Part shown: one piece after another, positions 14,086-26,400 of the stretch
Numbering within the stretch: the stretch's first letter is position 1
How the letters are laid out: each line of letters starts with the position of its first letter
NCBI GenBank assembly: GCA_964016885.1
Contig: OZ024742.1
Span: 15,996,001-16,060,000 of the forward strand
DNA: 64,000 nucleotides
DNA from: Eledone cirrhosa
Taxonomy: Eukaryota
Direction: 5' to 3'
The notes under the pieces: model-generated
Databases searched by the model: none
What the model was told of the DNA's origin: nothing
What the model saw: only the letters and a program-made list of their open reading frames with translations
Position numbers and translations under genes: made by a program

Positions 14086-14179
<94 letters not shown>

Positions 14180-14222
14180 ATATATATATATACATATACG
14201 TATATATATATGTTTATATGTA

Positions 14223-14277
<55 letters not shown>

Positions 14278-14397
14278 GGTGTTGGATGCTTAAAGCGTCC
14301 GTATGCGGTAGGTCGTATGAGCAGTCGATAATCTCATAGAGCATAGTATGATATGACAAAAAAAGAGAATCAGTGTTGCGACGAATGGAATTTAATG

Positions 14398-14493
14398 GAC
14401 ATATTACAATCGTTTCTCTGGCGACCAGCTCGAGATACGATCGATCTGATGATCGAACCTGACTCTGAAAATCGCAAGGTCCTCAGATACGTC
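14398..14493 (-). ncRNA. Hammerhead ribozyme, family E (long helix II)
   Basis: Reverse complement of the 15110-15205 motif: tcctcag at 14480-14486, tttc at 14413-14416. Confidence 0.75.
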
Positions 14494-15109
14494 TTGATTC
14501 TACGAAGCATATTTTCCTTGTGTCCTTTTACATCACTATCCTTCGCCTGTCGGCTTAGATCCTGTTGTTGTCGAAGGTATTTTTGATAAATCAAAAATAC
14601 CTTAGAAATAACCTTTTTTTGAAAGGCTGTTCCAAGCATTCATTTAAAAACGTTCTTTGTACAAAGTTTTTTTACTTTTGAAATATGTATGTTTTAAGGT
14701 ATCTTGAGGCTGTGTTCTTGAAACGTTATGCTAAATATTTTTCTAATTTGTTTAAAAAATTCCCTCCAAGCATTAATTACGGTGATTGTCGCATACAATA
14801 CAGCTGCGGGTGTGGACGTGATCGGTATGGACGAGGCCGCCTAAAGACAGAGAAGACGTCGAAGTGCCGTTGGAAGTTCAAGCATACAACCTATTACCTA
14901 CTACAGTAGTAATTCCGATCTAAGAAACAACTTTGATTGACAGGTGCAGGATGAAAAGAACCAAATAGTGGACAACCATGAGTGGCTAGAAATATCGATG
15001 ACGTGTACAATTCTTGACCACTCATAGAATGACAACAACAGGATCTAAGCCGACAGGCGAAGGATAGTGATGTAAAAGGACATAAGGAAAATCTGCTTCG
15101 TAGAATCAA

Positions 15110-15205
15110 GACGTATCTGAGGACCTTGCGATTTTCAGAGCCAGGTTCGATCATCACATCGATCGTGCCTCGAGCTGGTCGCCAGAGAAACGATTGTAAT
15201 ATGTC
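15110..15205 (+). ncRNA. Hammerhead ribozyme, family E (long helix II)
   Basis: gacgtat-CTGAGGA-c-cttgcga...tcgccag-a-GAA-ACGATTGT-A-atatgtc: 7-bp helix I with one G.U, near-palindromic helix III, GUA site at 15198. Confidence 0.78.
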
Positions 15206-15263
15206 CAATACATTTCATCGTCGCAACACTGATTCTCTTTTTTTCTATGATATATATATATAT

Positions 15264-16061
15264 GTCGGGTCACTCTTGAGTGCTATTGTTAACACATAAC
15301 CCAGTACAACCTGATACATGGTCGGGTCGTCGGCGACTAAACCGGCAACCCCACCAAGTTTATTTGGTGAGGAGGGTGATTTTGGACACCTTGCAGGACA
15401 AAAAACAAATCCTGACAAAGGGCCATTCAAAAGTGTGTAAATATGTATATACACATGTACATATGTATGTATATGTATATGTGTATATGCATAGGTGCAT
15501 GTGTATGTATATGCGCGGGGACATAGAAATAGTCGGGCTGGACACCTGATCGCGCGTTTAAACCACTGGGAGTGAAGAACCCCTAGCCTTTGTCAGGGCA
15601 TTCTTCTAGGAGAAGGCAACTCAGGTAACTGGGATAACTCCGATATAAAACCTGCGGCTCAGTAGTTACCGATGATGTTGATCTTTTCTTCTTTTCGGGT
15701 TATAGCTACTGTCGCTCAGAGAGTGGGATTGACTCAGTGCACAATTTTTCCTCACTTTAAAAATATCTTCACGCAGAGGCATTGCACGATAGAATTAATT
15801 AATCATTATTAATAATTGGGCGGTGGATTGGCAGTATCGGTAGAGGGTCGGACGCCATGCTTTGACGCATAGAGTTACGGCCCTTGCCATTCTGAGTTCA
15901 AATCCCGCCGAGGTTAACTTTACCTTTCATCCTTACGGGGTCGATAAAATAAAGTACCAATAATGCACTGGGTAATTGCTGGCCTTGTGTCAAAAGTAGA
16001 AACAACTATTAATAATGGTATATCGTGCAATGGGCATACTCGATAACGAGGGGCAGCCATC
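15264..16061. mobile_element. Family S non-coding element interrupted by a SINE
   Basis: Colinear with the reverse complement of 52813-53418, except for the insertion at 15817-16006. Confidence 0.75.
15817..16006 (+). mobile_element. tRNA-derived SINE with Nin/Deu-like core and a 10-bp TSD
   Basis: A-box-like tggcagtatcggtag, B-box gagttcaaatccc, core cctttcatccttacggggtcgataaaataaagtacc. TSD tattaataat at 15807-15816 and 16007-16016. Confidence 0.85.
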
Positions 16062-16066
16062 ATATA

Positions 16067-16103
<37 letters not shown>

Positions 16104-16107
<4 letters not shown>

Positions 16108-16501
16108 GGTGTGGGATTCTTAAAGCGTCCGTAAGCGGTGTGCCGTTTGAGCACTCGATGTTCTGACAGAGAAGAGTATAATATCACATAAGGAAGGGAG
16201 AATCAGTGGTGCGAAGAATAAGATTGATTAGACATATTACAATCGTCTCCCCGGCGACCAGCTTGAGACACGATCGATGCGATGATCAGACCTGACTCTG
16301 AAATCGCAAGATCCTCAGATATGTCTCGATTCTACATTTGGAAACTCTGCTTCGTAGAATCGAGACATATCTGAGGATCTTGCGATTTCAGAGTCAGGTT
16401 TGATCATTGCACCGATCGTGCCTCGAGCTGGTCGCCAGGGAAACGATTGTAATATTACTAATAAATCTTATTCGTCGCACCACTGATTCTCCGTCTCTTA
16501 T

Positions 16502-16506
<5 letters not shown>
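16104..16506. mobile_element. Family E repeat, second inverted pair
   Basis: ~16198-16334 is the reverse complement of ~16354-16490. The minus-arm HHR (16231-16325) has GAAA changed to GAGA. Confidence 0.75.
16367..16455 (+). ncRNA. Hammerhead ribozyme, family E
   Basis: atat-CTGAGGA-tcttgcga...tcgccagg-GAA-ACGATTGT-A-atat. Confidence 0.7.
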
Positions 16507-16589
<83 letters not shown>

Positions 16590-16678
16590 TATATATATAT
16601 ATGTATAGGAAAATGTATAACCCCGACGGCAGAGCTCAAGCCGTTTCGACGGCTATATATACATGTATATATATATAT

Positions 16679-16710
<32 letters not shown>

Positions 16711-16739
16711 ATATATATATATATATAATATATTTATAT

Positions 16740-17470
16740 CTAGTACAGCGTTCCTTTGTCAGTGTTGAACAAACGAGTAACGATGGCTGCTAGACACTGT
16801 ACGGCTTAATTCGGGATATTTGTTTACAAACACACCGAGCATTATAATAAATGTTCGGTGAATCCATACGTACATATATATATATATGTATGCATGTATA
16901 TATATATATATATATGTATATACATATATATACTACTGTACGTCTGTATACATATATGTATGTACGTATACATACTTATATTTAAGTAACAGCCGTACTA
17001 AGAGTGAGAAATGAAATTTCCTTTCATTTTTTCCGTTTATCGTTTTCGGTACCCCGGCCGATTAAATCACTGGATATGCAAATTAGGCTGCTCAGCCATT
17101 AATATGCATAAGGAAAGTTTATACTTTCAGACGTTCAACCATCTGGCAGGAAGGTATACGTTGCTGACGATAGCTAATAAGCTTGAAACTAGTACAGCGT
17201 TCCTTTGTCAGTGTTGAACAAACGAGCAACGATGGTTGCTAGACACTACGGCTTAATACGGGATGTTTGTTTACAAACACACCGAGCATTATAATAAATG
17301 TTCGGTGAATCCATACGTACATATATATATGTGTGCATGTATGTATATATATATATATATACATACTACTGTACGTCTGTATACATATATGTATGTACGT
17401 ATACATACTTATATTTAAGTAACAGCCGTACAAAGAGTGAGAAATGAAATTTCGTTTCATTTTTTCCCCA
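16740..17470 (+). mobile_element. Family B repeat, ~1.6 tandem 449-bp monomers
   Basis: tagtacagcgttcctttgtcag at 16741 and 17190; begins inside HHR helix III; (TA)n on both sides. Confidence 0.8.
17158..17200 (+). ncRNA. Type I hammerhead ribozyme, family B
   Basis: acgttg-CTGACGA-t-agct-aata-agct-t-GAA-ACTAGT-A-cagcgt: 6-bp helix I, GUA site at 17194. Confidence 0.85.
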
Positions 17471-17644
17471 TATATATAATACACATATATATATAATACA
17501 CACACATACATATATATATATGAATATAGACATAGAATATTCGAAAATATTCTGTATGTTTATAATAAACATTTTGAAGACCTAATCGCTATAGAATAGA
17601 ATACGTCACGTATTACAATTAGATTCTCGACAAAAGCAAGGGAA

Positions 17645-17687
17645 GTAATCTACGCGTTTCATTCTTGTTAGAAATCTTCAGGACTAC
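17645..17687 (-). ncRNA. Hammerhead ribozyme, family F
   Basis: Exact reverse complement of 18320-18362. Confidence 0.85.
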
Positions 17688-18319
17688 ATATCCAGTGCTT
17701 TTATCGAGAATGACACAGCTAGAGACTTATAGAATACTTAGCTGTGTACAGGAACTGGTTTGAAAGAGCGGTTGCCGGTCCGGCAGAAATTAGAAATTGG
17801 AATAAATGCTCTGAAATAGCGATATATATGTGAATATAGACATAGAATATTCGAAAATATTCTGTATGTTTATAATAAACATTTTGAAGACCTAATCGCT
17901 ATAGAATAGAATACGTCACGTATTACAATTAGATTCTCGACAAAAGCAAGGGAAGTAATCTACGCGTTTCATTCTTGTAAGTCTCTAGCTGTGTCATTCT
18001 CGATAAAAGCACTGGATATGTAGTCCTGAAGATTTCTAACAAGAATGATTACTTCCCTTGCTTTTGTCGAGAATCTAATTGTAATACGTGACGTATTCTA
18101 TTCTATAGCGATTAGGTCTTCAAAATGTTTATTATAAACATACAGAATATTTTCGAATATTCTATGTCTATATTCACATATATATCGCTATTTCAGAGCA
18201 TTTATTCCAATTTCTAATTTCTGCCGGACCGGCAACCGCTCTTTCAAACCAGTTCCTGTACACAGCTAAGTATTCTATAAGTCTCTAGCTGTGTCATTCT
18301 CGATAAAAGCACTGGATAT

Positions 18320-18362
18320 GTAGTCCTGAAGATTTCTAACAAGAATGAAACGCGTAGATTAC
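18320..18362 (+). ncRNA. Hammerhead ribozyme, family F
   Basis: gtagtc-CTGAAGA-t-ttct-aaca-agaa-t-GAA-ACGCGT-A-gattac: 6-bp helix I, GUA site at 18356. Confidence 0.85.
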
Positions 18363-18845
18363 TTCCCTTGCTTTTGTCGAGAATCTAATTGTAATACGTG
18401 ACGTATTCTATTCTATAGCGATTAGGTCTTCAAAATGTTTATTATAAACATACAGAATATTTTCGAATATTCTATGTCTATATTCACATATATATCGCTA
18501 TTTCAGAGCATTTATTCCAATATATATATATATATATGCATGTGTGTGTGTGTATGTATGTGTGTGTGAACAGTAATCAATCATTAATTTCCGGCAATAG
18601 ATCTCGTCTAAGATCTCGTTAGTCTAATTACTACCACAGACAGCTGTCTTTCCTAAATTAATAAGCGATATTACTGTTTGTCTTAGTAAAATATCAACGA
18701 AACACCGGTTTTCATTAAAAGTATTTTAAGTAACATAAAATGATTAGAAATTTCTAATATATCTTACGTGTTAGACATTGACAAACTACTGTATGTAACT
18801 GGGACGAGACGGTAATTGCTCGCTTACCGTACCGTGTAAGTATTG

Positions 18846-18983
18846 TAGTAGTAGTAGTAGAAGTAGTAGTAGTAGTAGTAGTAGCAGCAGAAGTAGTAGA
18901 AGTAGTAGCAGAGTAGTAGTAGTAGTAGTAATAGTAGTAGTAGTAGTAGTAGAAGTAGTAGTAGTAGTAATAGTAGTAGTAGT

Positions 18984-19018
<35 letters not shown>

Positions 19019-19103
19019 TAATAGTAGTAGTAGTAGCAGTGGTAATAGTAGTAGTAGTAGCAGAATTAGTAGTAGTAGTAATAGTAGTAGTAGTAGTAGT
19101 AGT
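18846..19103. repeat. (AGT)n/(AGC)n trinucleotide microsatellite
   Basis: Directly visible. Confidence 0.95.
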
Positions 19104-19359
19104 AGGAGTATTTAGTGCCATAGACTAGAACGCCCATTCACCAAGATATGCGCCCCATTCTTTTTAAATAAAATAAATTCAACTTACAGTTTGATAAGCT
19201 GACGAACCTAGTGTTTGACATTTTTTGCTTTGAACACACAAACAAAATTAATAAGCTTGCGCATTTTCTACTACACAATACACATTCACCCACGCCAAAT
19301 CTTATGACAAGATATAACACCATACGATCCTCTCCGCCATTTTGTTGAACAAGAATATA

Positions 19360-19780
19360 TTTAGTTTATCCTTCCACGGGTCGATAAAATGAAGTACCAG
19401 TCAAATACTGGGATTAATTTAATCAAATATGTTGGCATTGTACCTAAATTGTAAATCAATATTACTTTTGGTAAAGATGAGTTGCGATCTCACAATCACG
19501 TTTGACACCAACACAAAAACTGGTGGAGTAAAGAGTAATCATGTATTTCAATCCTCAGTTTCTACAGAGAAGTACGATTTCCAACGGCAATGGGAAGGAC
19601 ATCACCATTTTTAGGATAAATAATTGAGCAGCACTCAGCAAATCAGCAGAGTCATTAGAAAGGCGGATAGAAGATAGAATGCTTTGCAATATTCGTTCCG
19701 GCTCATAATGTGTCGGGGTTAACTTTGCTTTTCATATTTTGGGGGTCGATAAAAATGTACCAGTCCTGTATTGGGGTCGG
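19360..19780 (+). mobile_element. Two old SINE remnants of the same Nin-like family as 15817-16006
   Basis: gggtcgataaaatgaagtaccag at ~19378 and aactttgcttttcat..ggggtcgataaaaatgtaccag at ~19721-19763. Confidence 0.65.
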
Positions 19781-19939
19781 GTCTTTCTCTCTCTTTCTCT
19801 CCCATTTTTCTGGAAGCTTCTAAATGTCCAATATAAAGCTGTATGAATGGCACCTATACAACTCTATCAGGAGTTACGAGTCCGTACATACATTCAATTG
19901 AACCCTAAAAAAAAAGAAAAAAAAAGAAAGAGTCTAGAG

Positions 19940-20054
19940 CAAGGGTTCCCAAACTGGGACCCGTCGACCGCCTAGGGATCTGCAAAGATAGTTATGAAGG
20001 TCTGTGAGGTACGTTCAAAATTTCAAGTACTTTGTTAAACAAAGATACGTCCAC
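19940..20054 (+). mobile_element. hAT-Charlie-like MITE left end
   Basis: caagggttcccaaact resembles the CAGGGGTTCCCAAACT TIR and is preceded by gtctagag (NTCTAGAN target preference). The right TIR was not found. Confidence 0.5.
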
Positions 20055-20062
20055 CATGAAGT

Positions 20063-20417
20063 CAGGACGGGATTTAATGAAAGGCAAAAGGGGCAATTGC
20101 CCCGGGCCGCTGCAGTGGTGGGCCCCACAAGCGACGGCCATATCAATTTATTTGTGCCCTCAGATGGGCTTTTTAGTTTTAGGATGGTTAGAATTTTTAA
20201 ATTTAATACCTGCATGTATAACATTTCAATTCCAATTACATGTCCCAAGATAACTTTGATATGTAAAATTTGCGAGGGGAAGAGGTTCTGCGTATTCTAT
20301 TTTTTCTGTGTATGAACGGGCCCCCAGACCTGATGCTCCGGGCCCCCCAAGCTGAAGTGCCCCGGGCCCCCCAAACTGAAGTGCCCCGGGCCCCCCAAAG
20401 TTTAAAATCCAACCCTG
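20063..20417. mobile_element. hAT-type MITE
   Basis: Imperfect TIRs caggacgggattta / taaaatccaaccctg, subterminal gggcccc motifs, three ~24-bp internal repeats, 8-bp TSD catgaagt/tatgatgt (6 of 8 match). Confidence 0.75.
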
Positions 20418-20467
20418 TATGATGTATCAATTTTTCCCTCTTTCGTTTGTTATTCTAAATAAATAAC

Positions 20468-23400
20468 AGTTTGACACTAGATCTACTGATATAGTTTAAC
20501 AGTAGATGTTGGAGTTTGACACTAGATCTACTGATATAGTGTAGACAATAGATGTTGGAGTTTGACACTAGATCTACTGATATAGTGTAGACAGTAGATG
20601 TTGGAGTTTGACACTAGATCTACTGATATAGTGTAGACAATAGATGTTGGAGTTTGACACTAGATCTACTGATATAGTGTAGACAGTAGATGTTGGGGTT
20701 TGACACTAGATCTACTGATATAGTGTAGCCAGTAGATGTTGGAGTTTGACACTAGATCTACTGATATAGTTTAACAGTAGATGTTGGAGTTTGACACTAG
20801 ATCTACTGATATAGTGTAGACAATAGATGTTGGAGTTTGACACTAGATCTACTGATATAGTGTAGACAGTAGATGTTGGAGTTTGACACTAGATCTACTG
20901 ATATAGTGTAGACAGTAGATGTTGGAGTTTGACACTAGATCTACTGATATAGTGTAGACAATAGATGTTGGAGTTTGACACTAGATCTACTGATATAGTG
21001 TAGACAGTAGATGTTGGAGTTTGACACTAGATCTACTGATATAGTGTAGCCAGTAGATGTTGGAGTTTGACACTAGATCTACTGATATAGTGTAGACAAT
21101 AGATGTTGGAGTTTGACACTAGATCTACTGATATAGTGTAGACAATAGATCTTGGAGTTTAACACTAGATCTACTGATATAGTGTAGACAATATATGTTG
21201 GAGTTTGATACTAGATCTACTGATATAGTGTACACAATAGATGTTGGAGTTTGATACTAGATCTACTGATATAGTGTAGACAATAGATGTTGGAGTTTGA
21301 CACTAGATCTACTGATATAGTGTAGACAATAGATGTTGGAGTTTGACACTAGATCTACTGATATAGTGTAGACAATAGATCTTGGAGTTTAACACTAGAT
21401 CTACTGATATAGTGTAGACAATAGATGTTGGAGTTTGATACTAGATCTACTGATATAGTGTAGACGATAGATGTTGGAGTTTGATACTAGATCTACTGAT
21501 ATAGTGTAGACAGTAGATGTTGGAGTTTGATACTAGATCTACTGATATAGTGTAGACAGTAGATGTTGGAGTTTGATACTAGATCTACTGATATAGTGTA
21601 GACAATAGATATTGGAGTTTGACACTAGATCTACTGATATAGTGTAGACAGTAGATGTTGGAGCTTGACACTAGATCTACTGATATAGTGTATACAATAG
21701 ATGTTGGAGTTTGACACTAGATCTACTGATATAGAGTAGACAGTAGATGTTGGAGTTTGACACTAGATCTACTGATATAGTGTAGACAATAGATATTGGA
21801 GTTTGACACTAGATCTACTGATATAGTGTAGACAGTAGATGTTGGAGCTTGACACTAGATCTACTGATATAGTGTATACAATAGATGTTGGAGTTTGACG
21901 CTAGATCTACTGATATAGTGTAGACAGTAGATGTTGGAGTTTGACACTAGATCTACTGATATAGTGTAGACAATAGATGTTGGAGTTTGACACTAGATCT
22001 ACTGATATAGTGTAGACAATAGATGTTGGAGTTTGACACTAGATCTACTGATATAGTGTAGACAATAGATGTTGGAGTTTGACACTAGATCTACTGATAT
22101 AGTGTAGACAGTAGATGTTGGAGTTTGACACTAGATCTACTGATATAGTGTAGACAATAGATGTTGGAGTTTGACGCTAGATCTACTGATATAGTGTAGA
22201 CAATAGATGTTGGAGTTTGACACTAGATCTACTGATATAGTGTAGACAGTAGATTTTGGAGTTTGACACTAGATCTACTGATATAGTGTAGACAGTAGAT
22301 GTTGGAGTTTGACACTAGATCTACTGATATAGTGTAGACAGTAGATGTTGGAGTTTGATACTAGATCTACTGATATAGTGTAGACAGTAGATGTTGGAGT
22401 TTGATACTAAATCTACTGATATAGTGTAGACAATAGATGTTGGAGTTTGACACTAGATCTACTGATATAGTGTAGACAGTAGATGTTGGAGTTTGACACT
22501 AGATCTACTGATATAGTGTAGACAGTAGATGTTGGAGTTTGATACTAGATCTACTGATATAGTGTAGACAATAGATGTTGGAGTTTGACACTAGATCTAC
22601 TGATATAGTGTAGACAATAGATGTTGGAGTTTGGCACTAGATCTACTGATATAGTGTAGATAGTAGATGTTGGAGTTTGATACTAAATCTACTGATATAG
22701 TGTAGACAATAGATGTTGGAGTTTGACACTAGATCTACTGATATAGTGTAGACAGTAGATGTTGGAGTTTGATACTAGATCTACTGATATAGTGTAGACA
22801 GTAGATGTTGGAGTTTGATACTAAATCTACTGATATAGTGTAGACAATAGATGTTGGAGTTTGACACTAGATCTACTGATATAGTGTAGACAATAGATGT
22901 TGGAGTTTGGCACTAGATCTACTGATATACTGTAGACAGTAGATATTGGAGTTTGATACTAGATCTACTGATATAGTGTAGACAGTAGATGTTGGAGTTT
23001 GACACTAGATCTACTGATATAGTGTAGACAGTAGATGTTGGAGTTTGACACTAGATCTACTGATAGAGTGTAGACAGTAGATGTTGGAGTTTGACACTAG
23101 ATCTATTGATATAGTGTAGACAGTAGATGTTGGAGTTTGACACTAGATCTACTGATATACTGTAGACAGTAGATATTGGAGTTTGATACTAGATCTACTG
23201 ATATAGTGTAGACAGTAGATGTTGGAGTTTGACACTAGATCTACTGATATAGTGTAGACAGTAGATGTTGGAGTTTGACACTAGATCTACTGATATAGTG
23301 TAGACAGTAGATGTTGGAGTTTGACACTAGATCTACTGATATACTGTAGACAGTAGATATTGGAGTTTGATACTAGATCTACTGATATAGTGTAGACAGT

Positions 23401-26400
23401 AGATGTTGGAGTTTGACACTAGATCTACTGATATAGTGTAGACAGTAGATGTTGGAGTTTGACACTAGATCTACTGATAGAGTGTAGACAGTAGATGTTG
23501 GAGTTTGACACTAGATCTATTGATATAGTGTAGACAATAGATGTTGGAGTTTGACTCTAGATCTATTGATATAGTGTAGACAGTAGATGTTGGAGTTTGA
23601 CACTAGATCTATTGATATAGTGTAGACAATAGATGTTGGAGTTTGACACTAGATCTACTGATATAGTGTAGACAATAGATGTTGGAGTTTGACACTAGAT
23701 CTACTGACATAGTGTAGAAAATAGATATTGGAGTTTGACACTAGATCTACTGATATAGTGTAGACAGTAGATGTTGGAGTTTGACACTAGATCTACTGAT
23801 ATAGTGTAGACAGTAGATGTTGGAGTTTGACACTAGATCTACTGATATAGTGTAGACAGTAGATGTTGGAGTTTGACACTAGATCTACTGATATAGTGTA
23901 GACAGTAGATGTTGGAGTTTGACACTAGATCTACTGATATAGTGTAGACAATAGATGTTGGAGTTTGATACTAGATCTACTGATATAGTGTAGACAGTAG
24001 ATGTTGGAGTTTGACACTAGATCTACTGATATAGTGTACACAATAGATGTTGGAGTTTGATACTAGATCTACTGATATAGTGTAGACAGTAGATGTTGGA
24101 GTTTGACACTAGATCTACTGATAGAGTGTAGACAGTAGATGTTGGAGTTTGACACTAGATCTATTGATATAGTGTAGACAATAGATGTTGGAGTTTGACA
24201 CTAGATCTACTGATAGAGTGTAGACAGTAGATGTTGGAGTTTGACACTAGATCTACTGATAGAGTGTAGACAGTAGATGTTGGAGTTTGACACTAGATCT
24301 ACTGATATAGTGTAGACAGTAGATGTTGGAGTTTGACACTAGATCTACTGATATAGTGTAGACAGTAGATGTTGGAGTTTGACACTAGATCTACTGATAT
24401 AGTGTAGACAGTAGATGTTGGAGTTTGACACTAGATCTACTGATATAGTGTAGACAGTAGATGTTGGAGTTTGACACTAGATCTACTGATATAGTGTAGA
24501 CAGTAGATGTTGGAGTTTGACACTAGATCTACTGATATAGTGTAGACAATAGATGTTGGAGTTTGATACTAGATCTACTGATATAGTGTAGACAATAGAT
24601 GTTGGAGTTTGACACTAGATCTACTGATATAGTGTAGACAGTAGATGTTGGAGTTTGACACTAGATCTACTGATATAGTGTAGACAGTAGATGTTGGAGT
24701 TTGACACTAGATCTACTGATAGAGTAGACAGTAGATGTTGGAGTTTGACACTAGATCTACTGATATAGTGTAGACAATAGATGTTGGAGTTTGATACTAG
24801 ATCTACTGATATAGTGTAGACAATAGATGTTGGAGTTTGACACTAGATCTACTGATATAGTGTAGACAGTAGATGTTGGAGTTTGACACTAGATCTACTG
24901 ATATAGTGTAGACAGTAGATATTGGAGTTTAACACTAGATCTACTGATAGAGTAGACAGTAGATGTTGGAGTTTGACACTAGATCTACTGATATAGTGTA
25001 GACAATAGATGTTGGAGTTTGACACTAGATCTACTGATATAGTGTAGACAGTAGATGTTGGAGTTTGACACTAGATCTACTGATATAGTGTAGACAGTAG
25101 ATGTTGGAGTTTGATACTAGATCTACTGATATAGTGTAGACAATAGATGTTGGAGTTTGACACTAGATCTACTGATATAGTGTAGACAATAGATGTTGGA
25201 GTTTGACACTAGATCTACTGATATAGTGTAGACAATAGATGTTGGAGTTTGACACTAGATCTACTGATATAGTGTAGACAGTAGATGTTGGAGTTTGACA
25301 CTAGATCTACTGATATAGTGTAGACAGTAGATGTTGGAGTTTGACACTAGATCTACTGATATAGTGTAGACAGTAGATGTTGGAGTTTGACACTAGATCT
25401 ACTGATATAGTGTAGACAGTAGATGTTGGAGTTTGATACTAGATCTACTGATATAGTGTAGACAATAGATGTTGGAGTTTGACACTAGATCTACTGATAT
25501 AGTGTAGACAGTAGATGTTGGAGTTTGATACTAGATCTACTGATATAGTGTAGACAGTAGATGTTGGAGTTTGACACTAGATCTACTGATATAGTGTAGA
25601 CAGTAGATGTTGGAGTTTGATACTAGATCTACTGATATAGTGTAGACAGTAGATGTTGGAGTTTGATACTAGATCTACTGATATAGTGTAGACAGTAGAT
25701 GTTGAAGTTTGATACTAGTTCTACTGATATAGTGTAGACAGTAGATGTTGGAGTTTGATACTAGATCTACTGATAGAGTGTAGACAATAGATGTTGGAGT
25801 TTGACAGTAGATCTACTGATATAGTGTAGACAATAGATGTTGGAGTTTGACACTAGATCTACTGATATAGTGTAGACAGTAGATGTTGGAGTTTGATACT
25901 AGATCTACTGATATAGTGTAGACAGTAGATGTTGGAGTTTGACACTAGATCTACTGATATAGTGTAGACAGTAGATGTTGGAGTTTGATACTAGATCTAC
26001 TGATATAGTGTAGACAATAGATGTTGGAGTTTGACAGTAGATCTACTGATATAGTGTAGACAATAGATGTTGGAGTTTGACACTAGATCTACTGATATAG
26101 TGTAGACAATAGATGTTGGAGTTTGACAGTAGATCTACTGATATAGTGTAGACAATAGATGTTGGAGTTTGACACTAGATCTACTGATATAGTGTAGACA
26201 GTAGATGTTGGAGTTTGATACTAGATCTACTGATATAGTGTAGACAGTAGATGTTGGAGTTTGACACTAGATCTACTGATATAGTGTAGACAGTAGATGT
26301 TGGAGTTTGATACTAGATCTACTGATATAGAGTAGACAGTAGATGTTGGAGTTTGACACTACATCTACTGATATAGTGTAGACAATAGATGTTGGAGTTT

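Larger units (their letters stand above)
13127..14090. mobile_element. HHR-bearing repeat family D: inverted arm plus ~1.6 tandem 469-bp monomers
   Basis: 13127-13359 is the reverse complement of 13458-13690. HHR cores at 13361 and 13830. Ends in (TA)n. Confidence 0.85.
14274..15250. mobile_element. HHR-bearing repeat family E, inverted pair
   Basis: ~14357-14572 is the reverse complement of ~15032-15244. Flanked by (TA)n. Same family at 16104-16506. Confidence 0.75.
17519..18521. mobile_element. HHR-bearing repeat family F: 310-bp monomers, two tandem arms inverted about ~17978
   Basis: tgaatatagacatagaatat at 17521 and 17831. Plus-arm units at 18001 and 18301 are 300 bp apart because of a 10-bp deletion. 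The arms are almost identical. Confidence 0.85.

Noticed and set aside
15817-15915. tRNA gene
   Set aside because: A and B boxes are present but there is no cloverleaf; it continues into a SINE core and has a TSD.
19535-19565. Minus-strand CTGAGGA-tt-GAAA minimal hammerhead
   Set aside because: No helix I or helix III pairing. CTGANGA words at ~4247, ~7096, ~14446 and ~19199 likewise lack the rest of the fold.
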